Positions 44,468 to 56,282 of a DNA stretch of 64,000 bases are shown here, one piece after another. The notes beneath the pieces were generated by a model that was not told the origin of the DNA, did not search any database, and saw only the letters and a program-made list of their open reading frames with translations. A program made the translations under genes and the position numbers. This DNA is from Gammaproteobacteria bacterium. GTDB taxonomy: Bacteria; Pseudomonadota; Gammaproteobacteria; Steroidobacterales; PWYM01. The stretch covers positions 13,600-77,599 of the forward strand of contig JAFIFN010000002.1 in assembly GCA_020832005.1 (NCBI GenBank). Direction: 5' to 3'. The stretch's first letter is position 1. Every line of letters starts with the position of its first letter.

Positions 44468-46687
44468 ATGAGTCATCCGAACCAAGCCTGTGCGCCTGTC
44501 AAGCGCGGCCACTACCGAAGCGCCTTGGCCGCCGCGATCTCCATGGCTCTTTGCGGTACGACGCTGGCCGACGAGCGTCCAGACAGAATCGATGAGATCA
44601 TCGTCTCGGCACAGAAGCGTGAGCAATCCCTCCAGGAAGTCCCCATCTCCCTGCAGGTAGTCTCCGGTGGGGATATCCAGAGATTGGGCATACTGACGTT
44701 TGACCAGCTCGACACCTACGTGCCCAATCTGGTGATCTCCAAGTCGCCCTCCACGTACGTCATTAACATGCGAGGTATCGGCTCTGGCGCTGGCAGTCTG
44801 TCCGTAGAACAGTCTGTGGTGATGTTTGTCGATGGCATCTATGGCGGACGTGGCCGCCAGTTTCAGGCACCGTTCATGGACGTCCAGCGCATCGAGATCC
44901 TGCGCGGACCGCAAGGTGCCCTGGTTGGCAAGAACACCAGCGCCGGTGCGATCAACATTATCTCGGCCAGACCCACCGATGAACTCGAACGCATCATGAT
45001 GGCCGACTATGACTTCGAACTCAGTGGTGGCTCGGTCACGGGGATCGTGTCCGGACCGGTCACCGATCGCCTGGGATTGCGGCTCGCAGCAAACTACGGC
45101 GACTACGATGGCTATATTCGAAACAGCCTGAATGGGAAAGACGAGCCCGGAAAGGAGCAGACCGCCGTCCGGGGCACAGCCGTGTATGGCGGCGATCTCC
45201 TGGAGGCCATCCTCAAGCTCGAGTACGCAGACTACAGGACGGTGGGATCACCGTTCCAGCTGGTGTCGGCCAACATCAACCGGCCGCTGGATCGCAACAA
45301 GGAAACCGGAAGCAGCCTCGGTGATGAGGCAGACCAGACCTACTCGACAAATCTTGCGCTTACCTTGAACATGGACATCTCAGATCATACGCTGACGTCC
45401 ATCACCGGTTACTCCCGATACTCGAACTTCTCGACCATTGACGCCGATTTCTTCGAGGCCGACCTGGCGTTTGCCACTTTTGATGAAGCGTACGAGCAGG
45501 TGTCCCAGGAATTGCGGCTGCTCTCCCCTGTCGGCGAGCAATTCGAGTACATCGTCGGAGCGTATGTCCACACCTCCCGCCTCAATATTGCGAGGGCGAC
45601 GGGAATCGTGTTTGCGCCACCGGCCAGCTCGTACCGCGAGTACGACCAGTCGGGGTCCGTGCTCTCGGCGTTTGGTCAGCTCACGTACAACATTACGGAT
45701 GACGTGCGTGCGAACGCCGCATTGCGCTATACCTTCGAGAAGAAGAACGCGGACTTTGCTATTTTCGGCGGCCCGCTGGCTGCCACGCAGTTCACGGGCA
45801 CGCTGCTGCGCAGCTTCTCTGACCGACTCAGGGAGAACGAAGTCGATCCCTCTGTCAGTCTGCAGTGGGATGTTTCCGACAACCTCATGACCTACGCAAG
45901 CTATGCGCGCGGCTCGAAGGGCGGTGGCTTTCAGGGTGCCATTTCCAACGCCGAGGCGGCGACATTCCGGTTCGAATCCGAGTCGTCTTCTTCCCTGGAG
46001 TCGGGAATGAAGTGGTCGCTCGATCGCGGCTTTTTCAATCTCACTGCCTATTTCACCGAGTACAAGGACCTCCAGTTATCCGTCGCTTTGCCGAGCACGG
46101 GCGCTGCAGGGTTCGACTTCTTTACCGGCAATGCCGGTGAGGCGCGAGCTTACGGACTGGAATCTGACGCACTGTACCGCCTTACAGACAACTTCGTTGT
46201 TCGCGGATCGTTGGCATTCCTGAACGGCAAGTTCACTGATTACCCCTCCGGGCCGTGTCCCACCGGTGTCGCACCCGATGGCGAGGCACCCGGCTCATGT
46301 ACATACAATGGTGTGAAACTGCCGTTTGCGCCGCGCTGGAGTGGCTCGGTGAGCGGTGAGTACGACCAGAATCTCACCAGTAATCTGACCCTCCGCGCCG
46401 GTACCACGGTAAGCTTCCGCAGCTCGGCACGGATGGAAAGCGGCAGGGACCCGGGCGCGATCCAGGGTGGGTACGCGAAGGTCGATGTCCGGCTCGGCAT
46501 AGGTGATGCCAATGATCGCTGGGAGATTGCCTTGCTGGCCAAGAACCTGACAGATCGCCTGACCATCGGTTTCTCGCCGCCCGCAGCGCTGGCCAACAAC
46601 CCTTTTCTCGGCATCACGAATGACGGATTCGCGCAGACGCTGGATCCGCCCAGGACGTTTGCCGTGCAGGGCATGGTCCGCTTCTAG
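44468..46687 (+). CDS. TonB-dependent receptor
   Basis: ORF 44468..46687, 739 aa. Plug motif IDEIIVSAQKREQSLQEVPISLQVV, IEILRGPQGALVGKNTSAGAINI, and the C-terminal PRTFAVQGMVRF. Confidence 0.9.
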   Translation: MSHPNQACAPVKRGHYRSALAAAISMALCGTTLADERPDRIDEIIVSAQKREQSLQEVPISLQVVSGGDIQRLGILTFDQLDTYVPNLVISKSPSTYVINMRGIGSGAGSLSVEQSVVMFVDGIYGGRGRQFQAPFMDVQRIEILRGPQGALVGKNTSAGAINIISARPTDELERIMMADYDFELSGGSVTGIVSGPVTDRLGLRLAANYGDYDGYIRNSLNGKDEPGKEQTAVRGTAVYGGDLLEAILKLEYADYRTVGSPFQLVSANINRPLDRNKETGSSLGDEADQTYSTNLALTLNMDISDHTLTSITGYSRYSNFSTIDADFFEADLAFATFDEAYEQVSQELRLLSPVGEQFEYIVGAYVHTSRLNIARATGIVFAPPASSYREYDQSGSVLSAFGQLTYNITDDVRANAALRYTFEKKNADFAIFGGPLAATQFTGTLLRSFSDRLRENEVDPSVSLQWDVSDNLMTYASYARGSKGGGFQGAISNAEAATFRFESESSSSLESGMKWSLDRGFFNLTAYFTEYKDLQLSVALPSTGAAGFDFFTGNAGEARAYGLESDALYRLTDNFVVRGSLAFLNGKFTDYPSGPCPTGVAPDGEAPGSCTYNGVKLPFAPRWSGSVSGEYDQNLTSNLTLRAGTTVSFRSSARMESGRDPGAIQGGYAKVDVRLGIGDANDRWEIALLAKNLTDRLTIGFSPPAALANNPFLGITNDGFAQTLDPPRTFAVQGMVRF

Positions 46688-46717
46688 GTTCAGCGCCCGA
46701 GCAGAAAGGCGGCGCGA

Positions 46718-46758
46718 GACGATCGGCAGTGCGAAATCCAGAAGCGCTGCCGGTCGTC
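46718..46758. terminator. putative bidirectional stem-loop between convergent genes
   Basis: GACGATCGGCAG (46718-46729) pairs with CTGCCGGTCGTC (46747-46758). This is a 12-bp stem with one G-U pair and a 17-nt loop. It lies between the TBDR stop (46687) and the VOC stop (46811). There is no clear U-tract. Confidence 0.4.
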
Positions 46759-46810
46759 TGTTACGCCGCCGACAGCTGAAGACTCTGCGCTGACGGCTGA
46801 AGCCGCCGCG

Positions 46811-47392
46811 CTACCCGTCCTGGCGCGGCTTCCTGATCGTCAGGGACTCAGCGCCAAACTTGCGAACTTTCTCGTCCCTAGTGCGCGCCGTCCATTGCGC
46901 CATGGCCTCGCTGGCACCCCGCTCCTCTTCGGCCATGATTTCGCTGAAGGCCGCAGTGCGGAAGGTAATCTCGACCTGCAGACCATTGGGGTCGTACATA
47001 TACACGGACTTGACGAAGCCGTGATCGACTGGCCCAAGACAGGTGACACCGCGTGAATTGATTGCCTTGCACCAGGCAAGCAGAGCTTCTTCACTCTCGG
47101 TTTCCAGCGCAACATGTCGATCGAAACTGTGCGCGCGCTTGAAATGTTCGATCGTTGCGTTCTGTGGGTCGTCGAAGAACGCCAGGAACTCGCCGTTTCC
47201 AAGCCTGAAGAACAGGTGCATGTAAGGATACTTGTCGCCCAGCCCCGGCACTTCCTCCAGCACCAGCGCGGCAGCCAGTGGCAAGCCAAGCACGTCTTCG
47301 TAGAACCATCGCGTCTGCTCGGCATCACGACAGCGATAAGCAACATGATTGAATCCCGACAGCATCGGCAGACCATGCTTCTGAGCATCCAT
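46811..47392 (-). CDS. VOC family protein (extradiol-dioxygenase-like)
   Basis: ORF 46811..47455 trimmed to the ATG at 47392. FNHVAYRCRDAEQTRWFYEDVLGLPL..YMHLFFRLGNGEFLAFF..FDRHVALETESEEALLAW..VKSVYMYDPNGLQVEI fits two VOC modules. Confidence 0.75.
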   Translation of the reverse strand: MDAQKHGLPMLSGFNHVAYRCRDAEQTRWFYEDVLGLPLAAALVLEEVPGLGDKYPYMHLFFRLGNGEFLAFFDDPQNATIEHFKRAHSFDRHVALETESEEALLAWCKAINSRGVTCLGPVDHGFVKSVYMYDPNGLQVEITFRTAAFSEIMAEEERGASEAMAQWTARTRDEKVRKFGAESLTIRKPRQDG

Positions 47393-47472
47393 GAGCACCC
47401 CGGTTGTCAAGGCAGTTGACAGACTCAGACTAGCTTGCCCTGGCTGCAAGGTCAATCGACTGGAAGCGGCGC

Positions 47473-48006
47473 TTATCTGGAGCGTCTTCGCTGGTTCACG
47501 GGACGCTGGCGCGTTGAGCTAGATGACCGCTTCGCACGGCTTGCGCCGGATGCCTTATCCACGCGCGGCGAAGGCTGTACGACGGGGCCCCAGTCGACTT
47601 CTGTAAGCGAGCGCTTAAGAGTGTTGAAGGCGGTTTTGCCGAGACGCTTTTCGAGTTCCCGGTCGATTCTGCGCATGCCGCGCATCGCCTCTATCCCACG
47701 GCGTTTGCCCTCGTCGGAGAACCTCACGACCTTCGAGCGCCCGTCGCTCGGGTCCGCAACCAGCGTGATCAGCCCTTCGCCTTCCATGGAGCGCAATGTC
47801 TGCTGAATCGCCTGCCGGCTGATGCCCAGGTTGCGGGCCAGATGCGCAGGGCGTGTTACGCCGTTGGCCACGTTCAACATGATCATGGATTCGCTTCTCG
47901 GCACAGTCGGTATGCCGCAGGAGAAGAAATGATTCTGAAGGCTCTCGTCGTACCAGTAATACGCCCGCAGCAGCCCACGAAGCAGGTAGTCCTTTTCAGT
48001 GCTCAT
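47473..48006 (-). CDS. MarR family transcriptional regulator
   Basis: ORF 47473..48006. Winged HTH ESMIMLNVANGVTRPAHLARNLGISRQAIQQTLRSMEGEGLITLVADPSDGRSKVVRFSDEG. Confidence 0.9.
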   Translation of the reverse strand: MSTEKDYLLRGLLRAYYWYDESLQNHFFSCGIPTVPRSESMIMLNVANGVTRPAHLARNLGISRQAIQQTLRSMEGEGLITLVADPSDGRSKVVRFSDEGKRRGIEAMRGMRRIDRELEKRLGKTAFNTLKRSLTEVDWGPVVQPSPRVDKASGASRAKRSSSSTRQRPVNQRRRSR

Positions 48007-48086
48007 AGTCGATCGCCCAGGGATGGACTGCGTATACGCGGCGCGCCCGAAGTCGCGATCCGCACCCAGCTACCAAGTCGCATCTA

Positions 48087-48101
48087 GTCAAGCCACTTGA
48101 C
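48087..48101. promoter_or_regulatory. inverted repeat overlapping a TTGACA box in the MarR/P450 intergenic region (candidate MarR operator)
   Basis: GTCAAG-CCA-CTTGAC (6-nt arms). The right arm overlaps TTGACA at 48097-48102. It lies between the divergent MarR gene (start 48006) and the P450 gene (start 48261). Confidence 0.35.
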
Positions 48102-48260
48102 ATACTGAAGGTCCTTTGAGATTGTTTCAACACGATGGAGGACAAATGGTGGCGAAGCGCAAGAATACGCGGCTTGGCTCCGACGCGTCCAGCGCATGGG
48201 TCTTCCTGCCGCGCCAGGGATTCACCTTTTCGTCAGCCGGCGTCGCTCAGAGGAGCAATC

Positions 48261-49487
48261 ATGAAGCATGAGCTTGATGTCGATGACTTCAACCTTCTCT
48301 CCACGAGCACCTTCAGCCATGGGCACCCTCAGGAGGCATACGATCGCATCAGGGCCACGAGTCCAGTCCTGAGACACGCCGGCTCTGCCGTGCAGCCGGA
48401 CTTCTGGGTACTCACCCGCTACGATGACATCCACAGCGTATCCATGGATGGTGAACGGTTCAGCTCCGCGAAAGGCTTTCGACTCCAGACGGACAATCGC
48501 GCGAGCATGGATCCCGAGATCGGCAGAATTCTCAGCCGGTTCCTCATCGCGATGGATCCGCCGGAACACACGCCATTCAGGCGGCTCATACAGCCAGCAT
48601 TCCTGCCCAACGCCCTGGCCGAGAAACGCCCCCGGATCCAGGCGAGCGTCGATGCCCTGATTGGCTCGCTTGAGCCCGGCATGAACGTCGAGTTCGTTCG
48701 CCAGGTCGCTGCGGTCGTACCGATTAAAACTATCTGCGCGATTCTTGGCGTCCCCGCGGAGGACGAGTCCAAGGTCATGGATTGGACCAACGGGATCTTC
48801 GGTACGGACGACCCCGATTACGCGATCACCCTGGAGGAGGCCAACCAGAAGTATCTCGCGGTGTTCGACTATGCGATATGGCTGGTCAGGAAGAAGCGCG
48901 AGCAGCCGGAAGACGACCTGATGTCGGTCCTGGCACATGCTGAGATCAATGGTGAACCGCTGGACGACGACACGCTCAAGAGCTATTTCTCGAACACGCT
49001 CGCGGCCGGCAATGAGACGACGCGAAGTTCGCTGGCAGGGGCCGTCTGGACCCTGTACAACCACCAGGCGCAGCTGAAACGCCTTATCGATGATCCTGAA
49101 CTCATCCCGAACGCCATCAACGAGCTGCTTCGACACTTCTCGCCCGTATACCAGATGATGCGCACAGCACGGACCAAGGTAGAGATTGGCGGACAGATGA
49201 TCAGCGAGGGCGAGCGTGTCGTCATGCTCTACGGAGCAGCCAACCACGACCCCGATATGTTCGAGGCCCCACACGAAGTGAGCGTCACTCGGGATAACGC
49301 CCAAAAGCACCTGGCATTCGGGGTAGGCATCCATCACTGCGCGGGATCAAGACTCGGCCGGATGCAACTACAGATGCTGCTCGCAGCGTTTCTGCAGCGC
49401 TTTCCAGGCTATCGGGTAACCGGTGAACCGACATTCCTCGCGTCGAACTTCGTGCAGGCGATGAAGTCCCTGCACGTGCGCCTCTAG
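48261..49487 (+). CDS. cytochrome P450
   Basis: ORF 48135..49487 trimmed to the ATG at 48261, with GAGGAG upstream. I-helix AGNETT, ExxR ELLR, and the haem loop FGVGIHHCAGSRLG (FxxGxHxCxG). Confidence 0.9.
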   Translation: MKHELDVDDFNLLSTSTFSHGHPQEAYDRIRATSPVLRHAGSAVQPDFWVLTRYDDIHSVSMDGERFSSAKGFRLQTDNRASMDPEIGRILSRFLIAMDPPEHTPFRRLIQPAFLPNALAEKRPRIQASVDALIGSLEPGMNVEFVRQVAAVVPIKTICAILGVPAEDESKVMDWTNGIFGTDDPDYAITLEEANQKYLAVFDYAIWLVRKKREQPEDDLMSVLAHAEINGEPLDDDTLKSYFSNTLAAGNETTRSSLAGAVWTLYNHQAQLKRLIDDPELIPNAINELLRHFSPVYQMMRTARTKVEIGGQMISEGERVVMLYGAANHDPDMFEAPHEVSVTRDNAQKHLAFGVGIHHCAGSRLGRMQLQMLLAAFLQRFPGYRVTGEPTFLASNFVQAMKSLHVRL

Positions 49488-49532
49488 CCTGTCCACGCAT
49501 CCGAAACAACAAGAGAACCCAGGGGAAGGGAC

Positions 49533-50201
49533 ATGGAGTTGATCTATCTCGAGTGCTCGCCGAGAAAACGGCTTTCAGTATCGATTCGGCTCGCACAAGA
49601 GTTCCTGGCCTCCTCGCGGAGAAAAGTGCCCGACCTGAAGGTGGACACCATCGACCTGTGGTCCCTGAGACTGCCGGATTTCAACGAATACTACCTCGAC
49701 GCGAAGTACAAGATCATCCGCGGCAAGCCCCACAGCGAAGAGGAAGCGACCGCATGGTCAGAGGTTGTTGCGATGACCGACCAACTCAAGCGCGCCGACG
49801 GCTATGTTGTCAGCCTGCCGATGTGGAACTGGTCGATTCCCTACAAGCTGAAACACTACATCGATCTTATCTGCCAACCGGGGCTAACCTGGGGCTACAG
49901 CCGCCGACGCGGACACTTCGGCCTGCTCGAAGACAAACCCACCGCCATCCTGCTGAGCAGCGGCAGCGTTTATAGCAGGGATGGAAGCGATGACAGCGAG
50001 GCCGCGTCGGAAACAATGCCCGAGTTCGTCAAGCCCTATCTTCGACATGTGCTCGGAATGATGGGATTGCGTAATCTGCACTTCGTGCATGCGGCAGGCT
50101 CGGACTACCCACCTGAGCATGCCCAACCCGCGTTCGAGCAAGCAAAAGAGGAGGCCAGAGCGCTGGGAGAAACACTGTGGTGCCACACTCAGACTTCATG
50201 A
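49533..50201 (+). CDS. FMN-dependent NADH-azoreductase / flavodoxin-like-fold quinone reductase family protein
   Basis: ORF 49533..50201. IYLECSPR.., ADGYVVSLPMWNWSIPYKLKHYIDLICQPGLTW and KPTAILLSSG parallel AzoR (PMYNFxIPxxLKxYxD). It lies 45 nt after the P450 gene. Confidence 0.75.
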   Translation: MELIYLECSPRKRLSVSIRLAQEFLASSRRKVPDLKVDTIDLWSLRLPDFNEYYLDAKYKIIRGKPHSEEEATAWSEVVAMTDQLKRADGYVVSLPMWNWSIPYKLKHYIDLICQPGLTWGYSRRRGHFGLLEDKPTAILLSSGSVYSRDGSDDSEAASETMPEFVKPYLRHVLGMMGLRNLHFVHAAGSDYPPEHAQPAFEQAKEEARALGETLWCHTQTS

Positions 50202-50230
50202 GCGAAGGCACAGGCGCCCCGTGCGCGGGA

Positions 50231-51982
50231 CTATTCGGGCAGGAGAATCTGCTCTTCGAAAATCTGCCGATCCGGAAGAATGACACCGACCTCCTCGGCG
50301 TACTTGTCCCACAGTCCGAGCATCTGCTTCAGACGATCCGGTTTGACCGGCGCAAGATCGTTGCGCTCGCCGGGATCGCGCTGCAGATCAAACAGCTCCC
50401 AATGCCCCTCCCGCGTTCGCGTATCAATGTTGATCGCCTTCCAGGTGCCCATTCGCACCGCCCGGCGCCCGAACAGCTCCCAGCCGAACACTTCCTGCGG
50501 ATCATGCACCTGCTGGGCGTCGCCGGAGAGATACGCCAGTAATGATTGCCCCCTCATCGGCAGCACCTCCCGTCCCTGGAAGACGCCGGCCGGCGGTTCA
50601 GCGCCGGCAAGCTCGAGCAGCGTCGGCGCAATATCCATGACGGTCATCGGAGCGAGCCTCACACCTCCCGCGCGCACGACCCCAGGATAACGCACAAAAG
50701 CTGCAACCCGGATGCCACCCTCCGTCGGGTAGCGCTTGAACAGGCGAAACGGGCTGCTGCTGACCGTCGCCCAGTAAGGTCCGGTGGTCACGAACGAGTC
50801 CTCAGAACCCATGGCTTCAAAGCTATGATCGAAGTTGGCGGCGACGAATTCCTTCCATATCGGACTGCGCTCGACACGCTCGCCTTCGGCGCCATTGTCG
50901 GATAAGAAGATCACCAGCGTCTCGTCGAGCTGCTCTTGCTCCTCCAGCAATTCGATCACGCGGCCCACATTGCGATCCATCCTGTCGATCATTGCCGCGT
51001 AAATCTCCATCCTGCGACTCTCGACGCGACGCTCGTCGGGCGACAGCGCCTGCCAGGCGTGGTTCAACAGATCAACGATCTGCGGATCGGGGTCTCCAAG
51101 CTGGATGCCCAGCTCTTCCATCGCGGCATGGCGGGCGAGCAGCACAGGCACATAGCCATCGTCATAACGCCCCTTGTGACGCGCAATATCCTCTTTGGGT
51201 GCCTGCAGCGGCCAATGGGGTGCGGTATAGGAAAGCAGCGCGAAGAAAGGCCGCGCATCATCGTGCTCGCGGTCTTCGAGATATTCGAGGAGCTTGTCGG
51301 TAAAGGTGTCCGAAGAATAGAAGTCCGCCGGCAAATCATCGAGCGTCTGCCCATCCTCACGATACAGCGGATCTGAAATCCCCTTCGGAGCAATCAGTCC
51401 CCAGCCGAAATGGTTGTGCCCGCCTGGAATCAGTGCAAAGGCACGCTCGAAACCACGCGCAGCCGGGTCGTGTTCAGGTTCATTGCCGAGATGCCACTTG
51501 CCCGACATCGCGGTGAAATAGCCGGCGTCGCGCATCAGAGCAGCAAGCGAAGCGACGCGGAAGTTGAGATGGCCCTCGTAACCCGGGCGGTCAATCTGGT
51601 TGGGCGTGCGCACCGCCCGCATATTGCCCAAACCCGCCTCGTGGCTCGATGTACCGGACAGCAGCATCGCGCGCGTCGGAGAGCATGTGGGTGAGGCATA
51701 GAATGCGCCCAGCCGGCTTCCTTCCATCGCGAGCCGATCAAGATTCGGGGTTGAGATCTCGCTCCCGAACGCGCCCAGGTCGGAGAAACCCATATCGTCA
51801 ACGACAATCAGGAGCACGTTAGGGGGGCGGCCTGGGATCTCGTCGGCAGTCGCTGCGAATGCGCTCGGCAGCAGGGTCATCGCGGCTACCACCGCTGCGG
51901 TACAAATCGTCGTACACAATACCGCCAGGCGAGCCAGAGAGTACGCGTATCGTGTGTCGGTGAAACGGGGACGCCAGTCCAT
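50231..51982 (-). CDS. arylsulfatase (Cys-type, formylglycine-dependent), secreted
   Basis: ORF 50231..51985 (TTG); the ATG is at 51982. It has a signal peptide ending AFA. PNVLLIVVDDMGFSDLGAFGS and the sulfatase signature [14 protein letters not shown]. It is a paralog of the 26123 gene. Confidence 0.9.
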   Translation of the reverse strand: MDWRPRFTDTRYAYSLARLAVLCTTICTAAVVAAMTLLPSAFAATADEIPGRPPNVLLIVVDDMGFSDLGAFGSEISTPNLDRLAMEGSRLGAFYASPTCSPTRAMLLSGTSSHEAGLGNMRAVRTPNQIDRPGYEGHLNFRVASLAALMRDAGYFTAMSGKWHLGNEPEHDPAARGFERAFALIPGGHNHFGWGLIAPKGISDPLYREDGQTLDDLPADFYSSDTFTDKLLEYLEDREHDDARPFFALLSYTAPHWPLQAPKEDIARHKGRYDDGYVPVLLARHAAMEELGIQLGDPDPQIVDLLNHAWQALSPDERRVESRRMEIYAAMIDRMDRNVGRVIELLEEQEQLDETLVIFLSDNGAEGERVERSPIWKEFVAANFDHSFEAMGSEDSFVTTGPYWATVSSSPFRLFKRYPTEGGIRVAAFVRYPGVVRAGGVRLAPMTVMDIAPTLLELAGAEPPAGVFQGREVLPMRGQSLLAYLSGDAQQVHDPQEVFGWELFGRRAVRMGTWKAINIDTRTREGHWELFDLQRDPGERNDLAPVKPDRLKQMLGLWDKYAEEVGVILPDRQIFEEQILLPE

Positions 51983-52144
51983 CAAGAGCTCCCGCAGTGA
52001 AGCGAAACCGCTACGGAGAAAGTGAGAATATCACGATCTGAAACGACAGCGACCGAACGACGAAGGGGACGCGATAACCAGTCACGAAGGCGGTACTAGA
52101 TGACGCTGGTCACACACAGTGAGCCAATTCCGCTGAAGGCAGGC

Positions 52145-52171
52145 TAAAGAAAGCGCCACCTCGGCCGACAA
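52145..52171 (+). promoter_or_regulatory. sigma-28 (FliA)-type promoter match immediately upstream of fliC
   Basis: TAAAGAAA (52145-52152), an 11-nt spacer, then GCCGACAA (52164-52171). The enterobacterial consensus as I remember it is TAAAGTTT-N11-GCCGATAA. The -10 element ends only 9 nt before the ATG at 52181. Confidence 0.55.
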
Positions 52172-52180
52172 GGTTGTGTA

Positions 52181-53350
52181 ATGAGCCAGGTCATCAACAC
52201 CAACGTCGCGTCACTCAACGCCCAGCGCAGTCTCGGGACCTCCCAGGGCTCGCTGGCCACGTCGTTGCAGCGACTCTCATCGGGGCTGCGGATCAACTCT
52301 GCAAAGGACGATGCCGCCGGGCTTGCCATCTCCGAGCGCTTCACCACGCAGATTCGCGGCGTCAACCAGGCCGTGCGCAACGCCAACGACGCGATCTCCC
52401 TGGCCCAGACCGCCGAGGGCGCGATGACGCAGATTAGCAGCAACCTGCAGCGCATCCGTGAACTCGCGGTCCAGGCGGTCAACGCCACCAACAGCGAACG
52501 TGACCGCGCCGCCCTCGACGCCGAGGCACAGCAGCTCAAGCAGGAGATCGATCGCGTCGCCGCGCAGTCGGAGTTCAACGGCACCCGGCTGCTCGATGGC
52601 GGATTCAGCGGCCAGGCCTACCAGGTCGGCGCCAATGCAGGCCAGCTGCTGACGCTGCCCTCGCTGCAGAGTCTGCGCCTGGCAGATGTCCGCGGAGCCG
52701 ACGGCTTCCGCGTGGACGCACCGGCCGGCACCACCGTCGGCACGAGTCTGCCGCTTTCGATCGATGTCTCTACGCTGATATTCGATCAGGATGCGGATTC
52801 CGAGCGTGAGGCGCAGGACGCCTTCATGCAGGCGGTGGCGGCAGCCTTCGATGCCGCGCCCATTTCATCGGCGACTTACGATGCCGCCTCTGGCGACCTG
52901 ACGATACGCAACGTGGGCTGGGCGAGCCTGATCGTTGGCCTGGATAACATAGGCGGCACCACGGCGGATCTTGGCTTCGGACAGTCGCTGGTGATGAACG
53001 TCTCAAGCCTGAGCCTGGCGGTCGTACCGGCGGAGAGCACGATCGACTCGGTCTCACTGGCCACGCCCCAGTCGGCGACGCTGGCGATTGCGGCCATGGA
53101 CAGGGCGCTGGAGACGGTCAACGGCCAGCGCGCGCAGGTGGGCGCGCTACAGAACCGCTTCGAATCGGTCATCGCGAATCTGCAAACCACTTCCGAGAAC
53201 CTGACGACGTCGCGCAGCCGGATCCAGGACGCTGACTTCGCCACCGAAACGGCCAGCCTGGTGCGCGATCAGATACTGCAGCAGGCCGGCACGACCATGC
53301 TGGTGCAGGCCAACGCGCTGTCGCAGAACGTGCTCAGCCTGCTGCGTTGA
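52181..53350 (+). CDS. fliC: flagellin
   Basis: ORF 52181..53350, 389 aa. N-terminal MSQVINTNVASLNAQRSLGTSQGSLATSLQRLSSGLRINSAKDDAAGLAISERF and C-terminal LQNRFESVIANLQTTSENLTTSRSRIQDADFATETASLVRDQILQQAGTTMLVQANALSQNVLSLLR are canonical D0/D1 flagellin segments. Confidence 0.95.
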   Translation: MSQVINTNVASLNAQRSLGTSQGSLATSLQRLSSGLRINSAKDDAAGLAISERFTTQIRGVNQAVRNANDAISLAQTAEGAMTQISSNLQRIRELAVQAVNATNSERDRAALDAEAQQLKQEIDRVAAQSEFNGTRLLDGGFSGQAYQVGANAGQLLTLPSLQSLRLADVRGADGFRVDAPAGTTVGTSLPLSIDVSTLIFDQDADSEREAQDAFMQAVAAAFDAAPISSATYDAASGDLTIRNVGWASLIVGLDNIGGTTADLGFGQSLVMNVSSLSLAVVPAESTIDSVSLATPQSATLAIAAMDRALETVNGQRAQVGALQNRFESVIANLQTTSENLTTSRSRIQDADFATETASLVRDQILQQAGTTMLVQANALSQNVLSLLR

Positions 53351-53518
53351 TTCACCCGCGCGTCACGCGCGATGGTCCACACCACGGCGCTGCCCCCAGC
53401 GCGACACAGCAATGTTCGGACAGCCTTGGTCCCGGCCCGTCATTTGCGCGCTACAGGATGACACCAAAGCTGTCATCCGGCATATTCCAAAACGTACACC
53501 ACACTCGGAGCTTCGGGC

Positions 53519-56227
<2,709 letters not shown>

Positions 56228-56282
56228 AGGGTAACTGATAGTATCCGCGAGCCTATTCAGCTGGTTCGGGAGTCGCCCTGCC

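Noticed and set aside
48222-49337. 371-aa minus-strand ORF opposite the P450 gene.
   Set aside because: It is antisense to a gene with the FxxGxHxCxG haem loop, and I recognise no motif of its own.
53357-53371. GC-only hairpin CGCGCG-TCA-CGCGCG just after the fliC stop, considered as a possible terminator.
   Set aside because: The stem is 6 bp with a 3-nt loop and there is no U-tract. CGCGCG is self-complementary and common in GC-rich DNA.
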